A stretch of 64,000 nt of DNA from Balanoglossus misakiensis. Lineage: Eukaryota > Animalia > Hemichordata. The notes under the pieces were generated by a model. The model saw only the letters and a list, made by a program, of their open reading frames with translations. It was not told where the DNA came from and did no database searches. Positions within the stretch are counted from its first letter, which is position 1. Each line of letters starts with the position of its first letter. Made by a program: the position numbers and the translations under genes. The stretch covers positions 1,842,831 to 1,906,830 of the forward strand of contig CM082578.2 of the NCBI GenBank assembly GCA_040954595.2. Reading direction: 5' to 3'. Below are positions 24,901 to 37,800 of the stretch, in pieces.

Positions 24901-27900
24901 GGCCAGAGCTAGTGGCCAGTGTCGTGCCCATCAATTTTGAGTGTTTGGTGGGGTCAACCCTTGCATCAGCATTGATTAGCCAGGCCAGAGCTAGTGGCCA
25001 GTGTCGTGCCCATCAATTTTGAGTGTTTGGTGGGGTCAACCTTTGCGTCAGCATTGATTAGCCAGGCCAGAGCTAGTGGCCAGTGTCGTGCCCATCAATT
25101 TTGAGTGTTTGGTGGGGTCAACCCTTGCGTCAGCATTGATTAGCCAGGCCAGAGCTAGTGGCCAGTGTCGTGCCCATCAATTTTGAGTGTTTGGTGGGGT
25201 CAACCTTTGCGTCAACATTGATTAGCCAGGCCAGAGCTAGTGGCCAGTGTCGTGCCCATCAATTTTGAGTGTTTGGTGGGGTCAACCTTTGCGTCAACCT
25301 TGATTAACCAGGCCATGCAGAGCTAGTGGCCAGTGTCGTGCCCATCAATTTTGAGTGTTTGGTTGGGTCAACCTTTGCGTCAACATTGATTAACCAGGCC
25401 ATGCAGAGCTAGTGGCCAGTGTCGTGCCCATCAATTTTGAGTGTTTGGTGGGGTCAACCTTTGCGTCAACATTGATTAACCAGGCCATGCAGAGCTAGTG
25501 GCCAGTGTCGTGCCCATCAATTTTGAGTGTTTGGTGGGGTCAACCTTTGCGTCAACATTGATTAACCAGGCCATGCAGAGCTAGTGGCCAGTGTAGTGCC
25601 CATCAATTTTGAGTGTTTGCAGGTGTGGTCAACCTTTGCGTCAACATTGATTAACCAGGCCATGCAGAGCTAGTGGCCAGTGTAGTGCCCATCAATTTTG
25701 AGTGTTTGAAGGTGTGGTCAACCTTTGCGTCAACATTGATTAACCAGGCCATGCAGAGCTAGTGGCCAGTGTAGTGCCCATCAATTTTGAGTGTTTGCAG
25801 GTGTGGTCAACCTTTGCGTCAACATTGATTAACCAGGCCATGCAGAGCTAGTGGCCAGTGTAGTGCCCATCAATTTTGAGTGTTTGCAGGTGTGGTCAAC
25901 CTTTGCGTCAACATTGATTAACCAGGCCATGCAGAGCTAGTGGCCAGTGTCGTGCCCATCAATTTTGAGTGTTTGCAGGTGTGGTCAACCTTTGCGTCAA
26001 CATTGATTAACCAGGCCATGCAGAGCTAGTGGCCAGTGTCGTGCCAATCAATTTTGAGTGTTTGGTGGGGTCAACCTTTGCGTCAACATTGATTAACCAG
26101 GCCATGCAGAGCTAGTGGCCAGTGTCGTGCCCATCAATTTTGAGTGTTTGGTGGGGTCAACCTTTGTGTCAACATTGATTAACCAGGCCATGCAGAGCTA
26201 GTGGCCAGTGTCGTGCCCATCAATTTTGAGTGTTTGGTGGGGTCAACCTTTGCGTCAACATTGATTAACCAGGCCATGCAGAGCTAGTGGCCAGTGTCGT
26301 GCCCATCAATTTTGAGTGTTTGGTGGGGTCAACCTTTGCGTCAACATTGATTAACCAGGCCATGCAGAGCTAGTGGCCAATGTCGTGCCCATCAATTTTG
26401 AGTGTTTGGTGGGGTCAACCTTTGCGTCAACATTGATTAACCAGGCCATGCAGAGCTAGTGGCCAGTGTCGTGCCCATCAATTTTGAGTGTTTGGTGGGG
26501 TCAACCTTTGTGTCAACATTGATTAACCAGGCCATGCAGAGCTAGTGGCCAGTGTCGTGCCCATCAATTTTGAGTGTTTGGTGGGGTCAACCCTTGCGTC
26601 AACATTGATTAGCCAGGCCAGAGCTAGTGGCCAGTGTCGTGCCCATCAATTTTGAGTGTTTGGTGGGGTCAACCCTTGCATCAGCATTGATTAGCCAGGC
26701 CAGAGCTAGTGGCCAGTGTCGTGCCCATCAATTTTGAGTGTTTGGTGGGGTCAACCTTTGCGTCAGCATTGATTAGCCAGGCCAGAGCTAGTGGCCAGTG
26801 TCGTGCCCATCAATTTTGAGTGTTTGGTGGGGTCAACCCTTGCGTCAGCATTGATTAGCCAGGCCAGAGCTAGTGGCCAGTGTCGTGCCCATCAATTTTG
26901 AGTGTTTGGTGGGGTCAACCTTTGCGTCAACATTGATTAGCCAGGCCAGAGCTAGTGGCCAGTGTCGTGCCCATCAATTTTGAGTGTTTGGTGGGGTCAA
27001 CCTTTGCGTCAACCTTGATTAACCAGGCCATGCAGAGCTAGTGGCCAGTGTCGTGCCCATCAATTTTGAGTGTTTGGTTGGGTCAACCTTTGCGTCAACA
27101 TTGATTAACCAGGCCATGCAGAGCTAGTGGCCAGTGTCGTGCCCATCAATTTTGAGTGTTTGGTGGGGTCAACCTTTGCGTCAACATTGATTAACCAGGC
27201 CATGCAGAGCTAGTGGCCAGTGTCGTGCCCATCAATTTTGAGTGTTTGGTGGGGTCAACCTTTGCGTCAACATTGATTAACCAGGCCATGCAGAGCTAGT
27301 GGCCAGTGTAGTGCCCATCAATTTTGAGTGTTTGCAGGTGTGGTCAACCTTTGCGTCAACATTGATTAACCAGGCCATGCAGAGCTAGTGGCCAGTGTAG
27401 TGCCCATCAATTTTGAGTGTTTGAAGGTGTGGTCAACCTTTGCGTCAACATTGATTAACCAGGCCATGCAGAGCTAGTGGCCAGTGTAGTGCCCATCAAT
27501 TTTGAGTGTTTGCAGGTGTGGTCAACCTTTGCGTCAACATTGATTAACCAGGCCATGCAGAGCTAGTGGCCAGTGTAGTGCCCATCAATTTTGAGTGTTT
27601 GCAGGTGTGGTCAACCTTTGCGTCAACATTGATTAACCAGGCCATGCAGAGCTAGTGGCCAGTGTCGTGCCCATCAATTTTGAGTGTTTGCAGGTGTGGT
27701 CAACCTTTGCGTCAACATTGATTAACCAGGCCATGCAGAGCTAGTGGCCAGTGTCGTGCCAATCAATTTTGAGTGTTTGGTGGGGTCAACCTTTGCGTCA
27801 ACATTGATTAACCAGGCCATGCAGAGCTAGTGGCCAGTGTCGTGCCCATCAATTTTGAGTGTTTGGTGGGGTCAACCTTTGTGTCAACATTGATTAACCA

Positions 27901-30900
27901 GGCCATGCAGAGCTAGTGGCCAGTGTCGTGCCCATCAATTTTGAGTGTTTGGTGGGGTCAACCTTTGCGTCAACATTGATTAACCAGGCCATGCAGAGCT
28001 AGTGGCCAGTGTCGTGCCCATCAATTTTGAGTGTTTGGTGGGGTCAACCTTTGCGTCAACATTGATTAACCAGGCCATGCAGAGCTAGTGGCCAGTGTCG
28101 TGCCCATCAATTTTGAGTGTTTGGTGGGGTCAACCTTTGCGTCAACATTGATTAACCAGGCCATGCAGAGCTTGTGGCCAGTGTCGTGCCCATCAATTTT
28201 GAGTGTTTGGTGGGGTCAACCTTTGCGTCAACATTGATTAACCAGGCCATGCAGAGCTAGTGGCCAGTGTCGTGCCCATCAATTTTGAGTGTTTGGTGGG
28301 GTCAACCTTTGCGTCAACATTGATTAACCAGGCCATGCAGAGCTAGTGGCCAGTGTCGTGCCCATCAATTTTGAGTGTTTGGTGGGGTCAACCTTTGCGT
28401 CAACATTGATTAACCAGGCCATGCAGAGCTAGTGGCCAGTGTCGTGCCCATCAATTTTGAGTGTTTGGTGGGGTCAACCTTTGCGTCAACATTGATTAAC
28501 CAGGCCATGCAGAGCTAGTGGCCAGTGTCGTGCCCATCAATTTTGAGTGTTTGGTGGGGTCAACCTTTGCGTCAACATTGATTAACCAGGCCATGCAGAG
28601 CTAGTGGCCAGTGTCGTGCCCATCAATTTTGAGTGTTTGGTGGGGTCAACCTTTGCGTCAACATTGATTAACCAGGCCATGCAGAGCTAGTGGCCAGTGT
28701 CGTGCCCATCAATTTTGAGTGTTTGGTGGGGTCAACCTTTGCGTCAACATTGATTAACCAGGCCATGCAGAGCTTGTGGCCAGTGTCGTGCCCATCAATT
28801 TTGAGTGTTTGGTGGGGTCAACCTTTGCGTCAACATTGATTAACCAGGCCATGCAGAGCTAGTGGCCAGTGTCGTGCCCATCAATTTTGAGTGTTTGGTG
28901 GGGTAAACCTTTGCGTCAACATTGATTAACCAGGCCATGCAGAGCTAGTGGCCAGTGTCGTGCCCATCAATTTTGAGTGTTTGGTGGGGTCAACCTTTGC
29001 GTCAACATTGATTAACCAGGCCATGCAGAGCTAGTGGCCAGTGTCGTGCCCATCAATTTTGAGTGTTTGGTGGGGTCAACCTTTGCGTCAACATTGATTA
29101 ACCAGGCCATGCAGAGCTAGTGGCCAGTGTCGTGCCCATCAATTTTGAGTGTTTGGTGGGGTCAACCTTTGCGTCAACATTGATTAACCAGGCCATGCAG
29201 AGCTAGTGGCCAGTGTCGTGCCCATCAATTTTGAGTGTTTGGTGGGGTCAACCTTTGCGTCAACATTGATTAACCAGGCCATGCAGAGCTAGTGGCCAGT
29301 GTCGTGCCCATCAATTTTGAGTGTTTGGTGGGGTCAACCTTTGCGTCAACATTGATTAACCAGGCCATGCAGAGCTAGTGGCCAGTGTCGTGCCCATCAA
29401 TTTTGAGTGTTTGGTGGGGTCAACCTTTGCGTCAACATTGATTAACCAGGCCATGCAGAGCTAGTGGCCAGTGTCGTGCCCATCAATTTTGAGTGTTTGG
29501 TGGGGTCAACCTTTGCGTCAACATTGATTAACCAGGCCATGCAGAGCTAGTGGCCAGTGTCGTGCCCATCAATTTTGAGTGTTTGGTGGGGTCAACCTTT
29601 GCGTCAACATTGATTAACCAGGCCATGCAGAGCTAGTGGCCAGTGTCGTGCCCATCAATTTTGAGTGTTTGGTGGGGTCAACCTTTGCGTCAACATTGAT
29701 TAACCAGGCCATGCAGAGCTAGTGGCCAGTGTCGTGCCCATCAATTTTGAGTGTTTGGTGGGGTCAACCTTTGCGTCAACATTGATTAACCAGGCCATGC
29801 AGAGCTAGTGGCCAGTGTCGTGCCCATCAATTTTGAGTGTTTGGTGGGGTCAACCTTTGCGTCAACAATGATTAACCAGGCCATGCAGAGCTAGTGGCCA
29901 GTGTCGTGCCCATCAATTTTGAGTGTTTGGTGGGGTCAACCTTTGCGTCAACATTGATTAACCAGGCCATGCAGAGCTAGTGGCCAGTGTCGTGCCCATC
30001 AATTTTGAGTGTTTGGTGGGGTCAACCTTTGCGTCAACATTGATTAACCAGGCCATGCAGAGCTAGTGGCCAGTGTCGTGCCCATCAATTTTGAGTGTTT
30101 GGTGGGGTCAACCTTTGCGTCAACATTGATTAACCAGGCCATGCAGAGCTAGTGGCCAGTGTCGTGCCCATCAATTTTGAGTGTTTGGTGGGGTCAACCT
30201 TTGCGTCAACATTGATTAACCAGGCCATGCAGAGCTAGTGGCCAGTGTCGTGCCCATCAATTTTGAGTGTTTGGTGGGGTCAACCTTTGCGTCAACATTG
30301 ATTAACCAGGCCATGCAGAGCTAGTGGCCAGTGTCGTGCCCATCAATTTTGAGTGTTTGGTGGGGTCAACCTTTGCGTCAACATTGATTAACCAGGCCAT
30401 GCAGAGCTAGTGGCCAGTGTCGTGCCCATCAATTTTGAGTGTTTGGTGGGGTCAACCTTTGCGTCAACATTGATTAACCAGGCCATGCAGAGCTAGTGGC
30501 CAGTGTCGTGCCCATTAATTTTGAGTGTTTGGTGGGGTCAACCTTTTCGTCAACATTGATTAACCAGGCCATGCAGAGCTAGTGGCCAGTGTCGTGCCCA
30601 TTAATTTTGAGTGTTTGGTGGGGTCAACCTTTGCGTCAACATTGATTAACCAGGCCAGAGCTAGTGGCCAGTGTCGTGCCCATTAATTTTGAGTGTTTGG
30701 TGGGGTCAACCTATGCGTGAACATTGATTAACCAGGCCATGCAGAGCTAGTGGCCAGTGTCGTGCCCATTAATTTTGAGTGTTTGGTGGGGTCAACCTTT
30801 ACGTCAGCATTGATTAACCAGGCCAGAGCTAGTGGCCAGTGTCGTGCCCATCAATTTTGAGTGTTTGGTGGGGTCAACCTTTGCGTCAGCATTGATTAAC

Positions 30901-31455
30901 CAGGCCAGAGCTAGTGGCCAGTGTCGTGCCCATTAATTTTGAGTGTTTGGTGGGGTCAACCTTTGCGTCAGCATTGATTAACCAGGCCAGAGCTAGTGGC
31001 CAGTGTCGTGCCCATTAATTTTGAGTGTTTGGTGGGGTCAACCTTTGCGTCAGCATTGATTAACCAGGCCAGAGCTAGTGGCCAGTGTCGTGCCCATTAA
31101 TTTTGAGTGTTTGGTGGGGTCAACCTTTGCGTCAGCATTGATTAACCAGGCCAGAGCTAGTGGCCAGTGCCGTGCCCATTAATTTTGAGTGTTTGGTGGG
31201 GTCAACCTTTGCGTCAGCATTGATTAACCAGGCCAGAGCTAGTGGCCAGTGTCGTGCCCATTAATTTTGAGTGTTTGGTGGGGTCAACCTTTGCGTCAGC
31301 ATTGATTAAGCAGGCCAGAGTGGCCAGTGTCGTGCCCATTAATTTTGGGTGTTTGGTGTGGTCAACCTTTGCGTCAACATTAACCTGGCCAGACAGTAAC
31401 CAGGCCAGAGTGGACAGTATCCTGCCTATTAATTTTGAGTGATTTGTGGGTCAAT
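21922..31455. repeat. Satellite array of ~110 monomers (86 bp, with 82- and 89-bp variants)
   Basis: Unit CTAGTGGCCAGTGTCGTGCCCATCAATTTTGAGTGTTTGGTGGGGTCAACCTTTGCGTCAACATTGATTAACCAGGCCATGCAGAG, head-to-tail with no unique spacers. Copies degrade after ~31320. Confidence 0.99.
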
Positions 31456-31867
31456 TTGATCAAATACTGCCTACTGCTGGTGCTGCATATTTGAAGAAAT
31501 GTGAAAAGATGGCAAGACAGGTTTGGTAAGTGTGGGCCCCCTAACTGAAGCAAAAGCACTAACTGAAAACAAAGATATGAATTTGGAATAGTTTTATTTA
31601 TTACATATGAAAAATAATGAAGACTTATGCTTCAAAGTAAGTATCGACGGAGTCGAACCGCCAATGCTGCAATGGCATTATACCCATAATACTTTTTTGC
31701 TTTTTGCATGAATTTCATTATTTTTCATATGCTGTGCAGCTAAAGTGTGGCTAGATGGCTAACTGCTGATGTAAAATATCTTGCATACCAATTTGGAACA
31801 ATTACCCCAAGTATAGTGGTCAAACAGAAACAATGCTTGCATTCAATTTGAAACAAGGTGACAAAAG

Positions 31868-31972
31868 TGGTCGAAATGAAACAATAAGCAAAAACAGTGT
31901 TTATCAAACTGAAATAATGTGGTCGAAATGAAACAATGAGCAAAAACAGTGTTTATCAAACTGAAAAAATGT
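31868..31972. repeat. Two-copy ~51-bp tandem repeat
   Basis: GTGGTCGAAATGAAACAAT.AGCAAAAACAGTGTTTATCAAACTGAAA occurs twice. Confidence 0.8.
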
Positions 31973-32400
31973 GCCAAAATAGCTCCTGTTGATATTGCAC
32001 AAAATTAACTGTTGCATTCTACCCTTGAGTTAATTTTTATTTCCAGGCAATTATGTGCTTAATACTAAATATTATCTATGGGTAAAAACCATCAGTTTCT
32101 TAAGTGCAAATCGCAAGAAGCTCCCCCATACAATTTTAGTGTTTTTTTAAATCAAGCAAGATAATTACATTCTGTGTGATAAACTAACTAACTTTACGCG
32201 CCTGGGGACAGTTAAAAACCTCGAGCCAAATATAAAATGAGGAAAAACTGCCCCCTCCCCCGTTGTGAATTTTAAAAGGTTGGGGCTCAAACTAACCAGA
32301 ATTGTCTTGCCGACTCCTATTTTTCTGTGTACATTTTGATGTATTGTTGTTGCGTGAGATTGAGGATTTGTGTTGATGCGGGAATTACGATGACAAAAGC

Positions 32401-32598
32401 AAAAAATCCATCGGCGAATCAAACGGGCACACAGCGAAATTCCATTACACGACGAGCGAACTGCGATGAAGAACGCGAACGCGGGTAACGTTGTAAAAAA
32501 TCCATCGGCAAATCAAACGGGCACACGGCGAAATTCCATTACACGACGAGCGACCTGCAATGAAGAACGCGAACGCGGGTAACGCTGCAAAAAATCCG
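32401..32598. repeat. Two-copy ~94-bp tandem repeat
   Basis: AAAAAATCCATCGGC...GAAGAACGCGAACGCGGGTAACG occurs twice. Confidence 0.85.
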
Positions 32599-33019
32599 CA
32601 GACAATTATTACACGAATGCATAGCAACAATTATTTTACCCAACCTGACCCTAATAAATTACCCAATGATTTTAAGTTTCTTATTATTACACCCCCAACT
32701 AATCATCATACCTTTGTAATATTAACACCATTTATACACATCCCATAATGTTTATACCATCAAGTTAATACCATTTTATTATTATTATACCACCAAAACC
32801 TTGTGTTACCCATTTTTTATTATTACACCATTGATGTTTACACCCTTATATATTATACCGGTATTTACCCTCTGTACATGTACAGTTTTTATTTACCACG
32901 TGGCATTACTCATGTTTTTATAGTATTTTAATTACTTATCATACCCTTGAAACCATAACATTATACCCTTGCAGACAGTTTTGTTATAGTACCCTTGTGC
33001 ACACTGTTTTATTAGTCAT

Positions 33020-33217
33020 CATACACCAACCCTTCACCATTCCATTAGATTATACCATTTTTATTAGCCTAACCTATTCATACACCAACCCTTCACCATT
33101 CCGTTAGATTATACCATTTTTTATTACCCTAACATATTCATACACCAACCCTTTACCATTCCCTCAGATTAAACCATTTTTATTAGCCTAACCTATTGAC
33201 AGCATCCCTCTGGTTTT
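33020..33217. repeat. ~59-60-bp minisatellite, ~3.3 copies
   Basis: CATACACCAACCCTTCACCATTCC...ATTAGCCTAACCTATT repeated. Confidence 0.85.
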
Positions 33218-33379
33218 GAAATTGTTATCTGGTGCGGCGTTGTTGTAGATATTGATTAGACTCCCTCCGGCGATGATAATACCAATGAACCTATTGAAAA
33301 AAAAGAATGAATATTATTAATTAGATCAGATCAACAAATCATGGCGTCGTTCATCCCTCTGGTCACAGAAGCATCATCT

Positions 33380-33810
33380 GGCGTCGTTACAAGTATTAAG
33401 TTCATCCCTCCAGTACAGTATTAGGTGGCGGCGTCGTTACAAGTTTAAGTTGATCCCTCCAGTACAGTATTAGGTGGCGGCGTCGTTACAAGTATTAAGT
33501 TCATCCCTCCAGTACAGTATTAGGTGGCGGCGTCGTTACAAGTTTAAGTTCCTCCCTCCAGTACAGTATTAGGTGGCGGCGTCGTTACAAGTATTAAGTT
33601 CATCCCTCCAGTACAGTATTAGGTGGCGGCGTCGTTACAAGTTTAAGTTCCTCCCTCCAAGTACAGTATTAGGTGGCGGCGTCGTTGTTACAAGTATTAA
33701 GTTCCTCCCTCCAGTACAGTATTAGGTGGCGGCGGCATTACAAGTATTAACTTCATCTATCCAGTACAGTATTAGGTGGCGGCGTCGTTACAAATATTAC
33801 ACTCCCTCCA
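33380..33810. repeat. 49/50-bp minisatellite, ~8 copies, alternating variants
   Basis: GGCGTCGTTACAAGT(A)TTAAGTTCATCCCTCCAGTACAGTATTAGGTGGC repeated. Confidence 0.92.
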
Positions 33811-34574
33811 GCAGCAGTGTTACCAAAGAACCTAATGTAAAAAAAGAATGAAATTATTTTTATTATCTGATTAGATCAAGTCATCATCATTGATAAAGAA
33901 AACGATAAGAAGAAATCATTTAAAAATTAACGCTGCCAGCACTATTGGTGGGGCCCAAACGGTTCCCATGGTTACCAGGGTATGCCAAGGCTGTATTCTG
34001 CTGTGAATACCAAGATATATGAAAGCTGGTCAAAGGTTACCCCGGGGTCATTGAAAATCGCAAAAAATAGCGTCAAGGACACTGTGGTCTCATTTAGTGA
34101 TTACACTAGAAAATGTCTACACAGGAGTACAGACAGACAGACACACACATAGAGAGGCAATAAAATATGATGCCCCCCAGGCCCGAAAACATCTTGATCT
34201 TATGTATGCTGGCCTGGTACAATAGACAAACCAGCCAATTAATGAAAATGTTGTACAAATACAGAGCTCAAAGTTGCATTTTAGTGAGCCCAAAAGCAAA
34301 TTAACTCAATGTTACGACAAATTTTACTTTTGCCACTGAAAGTTTGCATCGGTGGGGTGGGATGGCAAGTACTCTGCCCTGATACAATAGACAAACCAGC
34401 CAATAAATGAAATGAGGTGAAGAATGAAGGTGAAGAATGAATAACTTTATTTGATTCCATTATCTAAACAAACACATCCAATTAACTTCCTACTCAAATT
34501 TCAAAGTAATCAGTCATAGGTTTTGTAAATCATCATGAGAAAACACCCTGAAACCTTCAAATCAAAAATCATAT

Positions 34575-34824
34575 AAGCCTAGTCGGGCTCTGCGCTCCAG
34601 CTCAATGAACCAGTTGTGTGTACCAAAGTACAGACTCAAAACAATTCTCTGCCATCTGACATTCAACAGGCTTCTAGTCTCAACATTTTCAAACAAAAAC
34701 TCAAGACATTTCTATTTGTCAAAGCCTATGAACACTGATGTTATACTTTCAGCGCCTTTGGAAATAACATTGTTATTGATTCTGGCGCTTTATAAATGTT
34801 TGTTTTGATTTGATTTGATTTGAT
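34575..34824 (+). mobile_element. L2-type LINE 3' end with (TTTGA)n tail
   Basis: LCVPKYRLKT, followed by a FKQKLKTFLF-like C-terminus, a GCGCC...GGCGC 3' stem and a (TTTGA)n tail. Confidence 0.65.
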
Positions 34825-37800
34825 CCCTCAAAAATATACTATTCAATTCATCAAGTTGATTTGAAAAACATACATGCAAATCTTACTTGAGCTACCCCTA
34901 ACATGACTAACAAATTTTAAAGCAATGGAACAAGCGGTTTCAGAGAAAAAAAATTAATTAAACAAGGCTGAAATTGCTCCAAAATTATCAATATGCAAAT
35001 TTTGCAACATTTCAACAAAAGTCTTGTAACTCATATCACCTATATGAAGCTTCATACTAAAATTTCAAAGAAGTTGACTCATCAATTATAGATAAGTAGA
35101 TTTTTTACCACAAATGAGGAAAAAGGCAAAAAATGCATAAAATAGAACATTCAAACTATTAGTTCAAAAAATACAGGATTGTATGTGGTTGACATAGGGT
35201 ACTTGCATACCAATTGTCAAATCAATCTGTAAATTATCATGAGAACAAACCCTGAAACCTTTAAATCAAATTTTAAAGCAGTGGGGGTAGAGGGGGAACA
35301 GTACGATATTTTACCCACAATTCCCCATGATTTGTATCATCGAGATTGTCCATTTAATTACTTTCTGTTTTAGATACTAAGAATGATATGAAGTACATAT
35401 AACTGTATTAGGATTTATCTAGAAAAATTATGTTGAGGAATTAGAGTGAAAATTTCAAAATCAAAATTTAAAAGCCATAGAAATCAAAGTATTCATTCAT
35501 GTACGTCAAATGTCACACTTAAGAGGAAAGAAGCAATGACTAACTGAGGTGGCCAGTCTCTGTTGAAAGTTAACATGTAAATTTCCATTGTTCTGTCAAT
35601 AGAAAAAAAATCAATATCTTTTTGTTTGATTAAACAAGTGTTTCAAGTGTCCCTGTTTTACTTCAATCTTTTTTGTATCGGCTGGCTATGCAATTGCTTA
35701 TTTTATAAAATTTGTATCTCCTCTTTCAATAATGCATGATTTTGTTTGTCATTTGAAATGGTAATTGACAATAAGATTCGCCTTTAAAGCATGCTCTCAA
35801 AATTTGTATTAGTGGTCTACAATTTTCTCTACACATGTGAACTTTGCCTGGTTTGACCGAGTAATCTCTGGTTGTACAAATCAGAATGATTCATGGGATA
35901 TTTCACGTACTGTGGGGGGTTCTGAGAAGAGTTTTGACCAAAAATGGCAAAAATCATCCCAAAAATATACTATTCAATTCATCAAGTTGATTTGAAAAAC
36001 ATACATGCAAATCTTACTTGGGCTACCCCTAATATGACTAACAAATTTCAAAGCAATGTAACAAGCGGTTTTAGAAAAAAAAATTCAAAAAGGGCCGAAA
36101 TTGCTCCAAAATTATGAATATGCAAATTTCCTACATTTTAACAAAAGTATGGTAACTCATATCACCTATATGAAGCTTCATACTAAATTTCAAAGAAGTC
36201 GTCTCATCAATTCTAGAAAAGTAGATTTTTTACCAAAAATGAAGAAAAAGGCAAAAAATGCTTAAAATAGAACATTCAAACTATTCAAAATACAGGACTG
36301 TATGTGGTTGACATAAGGTACTTGCATACCAATTGTCAAATCAATCTGACCAGTGGTTGTCGAGTTTCTGAGTTTTGACCAATTTCAAATTTTCCCAGCT
36401 AATTTGCATTAATTTAAAAATTTCAATTGAATATGGCTGCCAGATCAAATGACTGATTTGAATTTCAAGGTGCACACTCATTGGCAAGGACAACTGTGAC
36501 AAATTCAAGAAGCATAGGTGTGGCAGGTTTTCAGAGCAAGGTGTACAAAATATCCAGGGAATGGGGCCCAAGCTCCGAAAAACCCAGCACAATACCAATA
36601 GGGACTCATATTACTAACAAAGTGTAAGCCTGTAAGAAGTCAAAAGCTGCACATCTTTTTACCACCTCGTGTCAGTACTAAGCAATAAGACTTTTTATAG
36701 AGTTGTTTAATTGTCTCTGCAGATGCCAGAGATTGAAAAAGAATCCTACAAGTTAAGATTTTAAGAAACAATGATAGCTATTTCTATTACTGTTTGTAAA
36801 CAAAAATGTGATGTTCACCACCTTGTTTTCAGAAAAGTATTTACATAAATGTTTTTCCATAGAGTTAACACAGACATTGGCAGCCATCTTGAATTTCAAA
36901 AACTGCAACAATATCTCCAATGCAACAAATCTGCAAATTGTACTATTTGACACCTGACTTAGGTCAAGGGGTTTCAGAGAAGATGACTACTATTCAGACT
37001 CGGACAAAATAATAATGCAATATTCAGCAGAATTTCAAAAGCATTGACTATGATCACCAAGGGACAATTCATACCAATCATCAAATCAATTAGACGTACC
37101 TATTTTAAAGATCATTATGAAAACTTTACAGATTCGGTTATAATGTAAATAAAATTAGATCACCCCTGTGGACATGGCAATCAGACATGCATATTCTGAC
37201 AAGATTTTTTGTTTGTATAAAAAGGCAACTGTCTCCAAAATACAAAATTACAGATTATGTCACATACCTCAGGGAGATCCATACTAAATTTCAGAGAAAA
37301 TTTCCCCCCAAATATGCAAATTTCACCATATTTTGAAGAAACAACTTGTGTCATACCTAGAAACCTGCAAAGTCAAAGTAATCTACGAGCTTAGCTTTTT
37401 TCTTCCAAAAACAGCAAAAAACTTGTTCCAAACTACAAATATGCAGAATTCAACACAATTTGAACACGCAGTACTTCGCTACCCCAAGAAACCTGCACAC
37501 CAAATTTGAAAGCACTTGCACCAGTGATTTCAGAAAAGAAAAGTGTTGACAGACATAGGATGACTGAACATCTATCTACCTGTCTGATAACTTTTGCAGT
37601 GCTGAGAGCAGAGCTAGAGATTGGTGTTGTCTTTTTACATTTTAAATCATCACACTTTGCTACTCAAAGCTACTATTCTGCTATGCTTGAGAACTGACTT
37701 GGGACAATTTTTGGCAAACAATAGTCACTAATCTTCCTCAGTTTATAGTACAGTGTACCTACACTGTTTTAGTAATGTACTGATAATGTTCAGACTATTT

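Noticed and set aside
31242-31442. Satellite monomer as coding repeat
   Set aside because: Most monomers contain stops, and the unit lengths 82, 86 and 89 are not multiples of three.
21922-31455. CRISPR array
   Set aside because: Monomers are contiguous with no unique spacers, there are no cas genes, and the context is eukaryotic.
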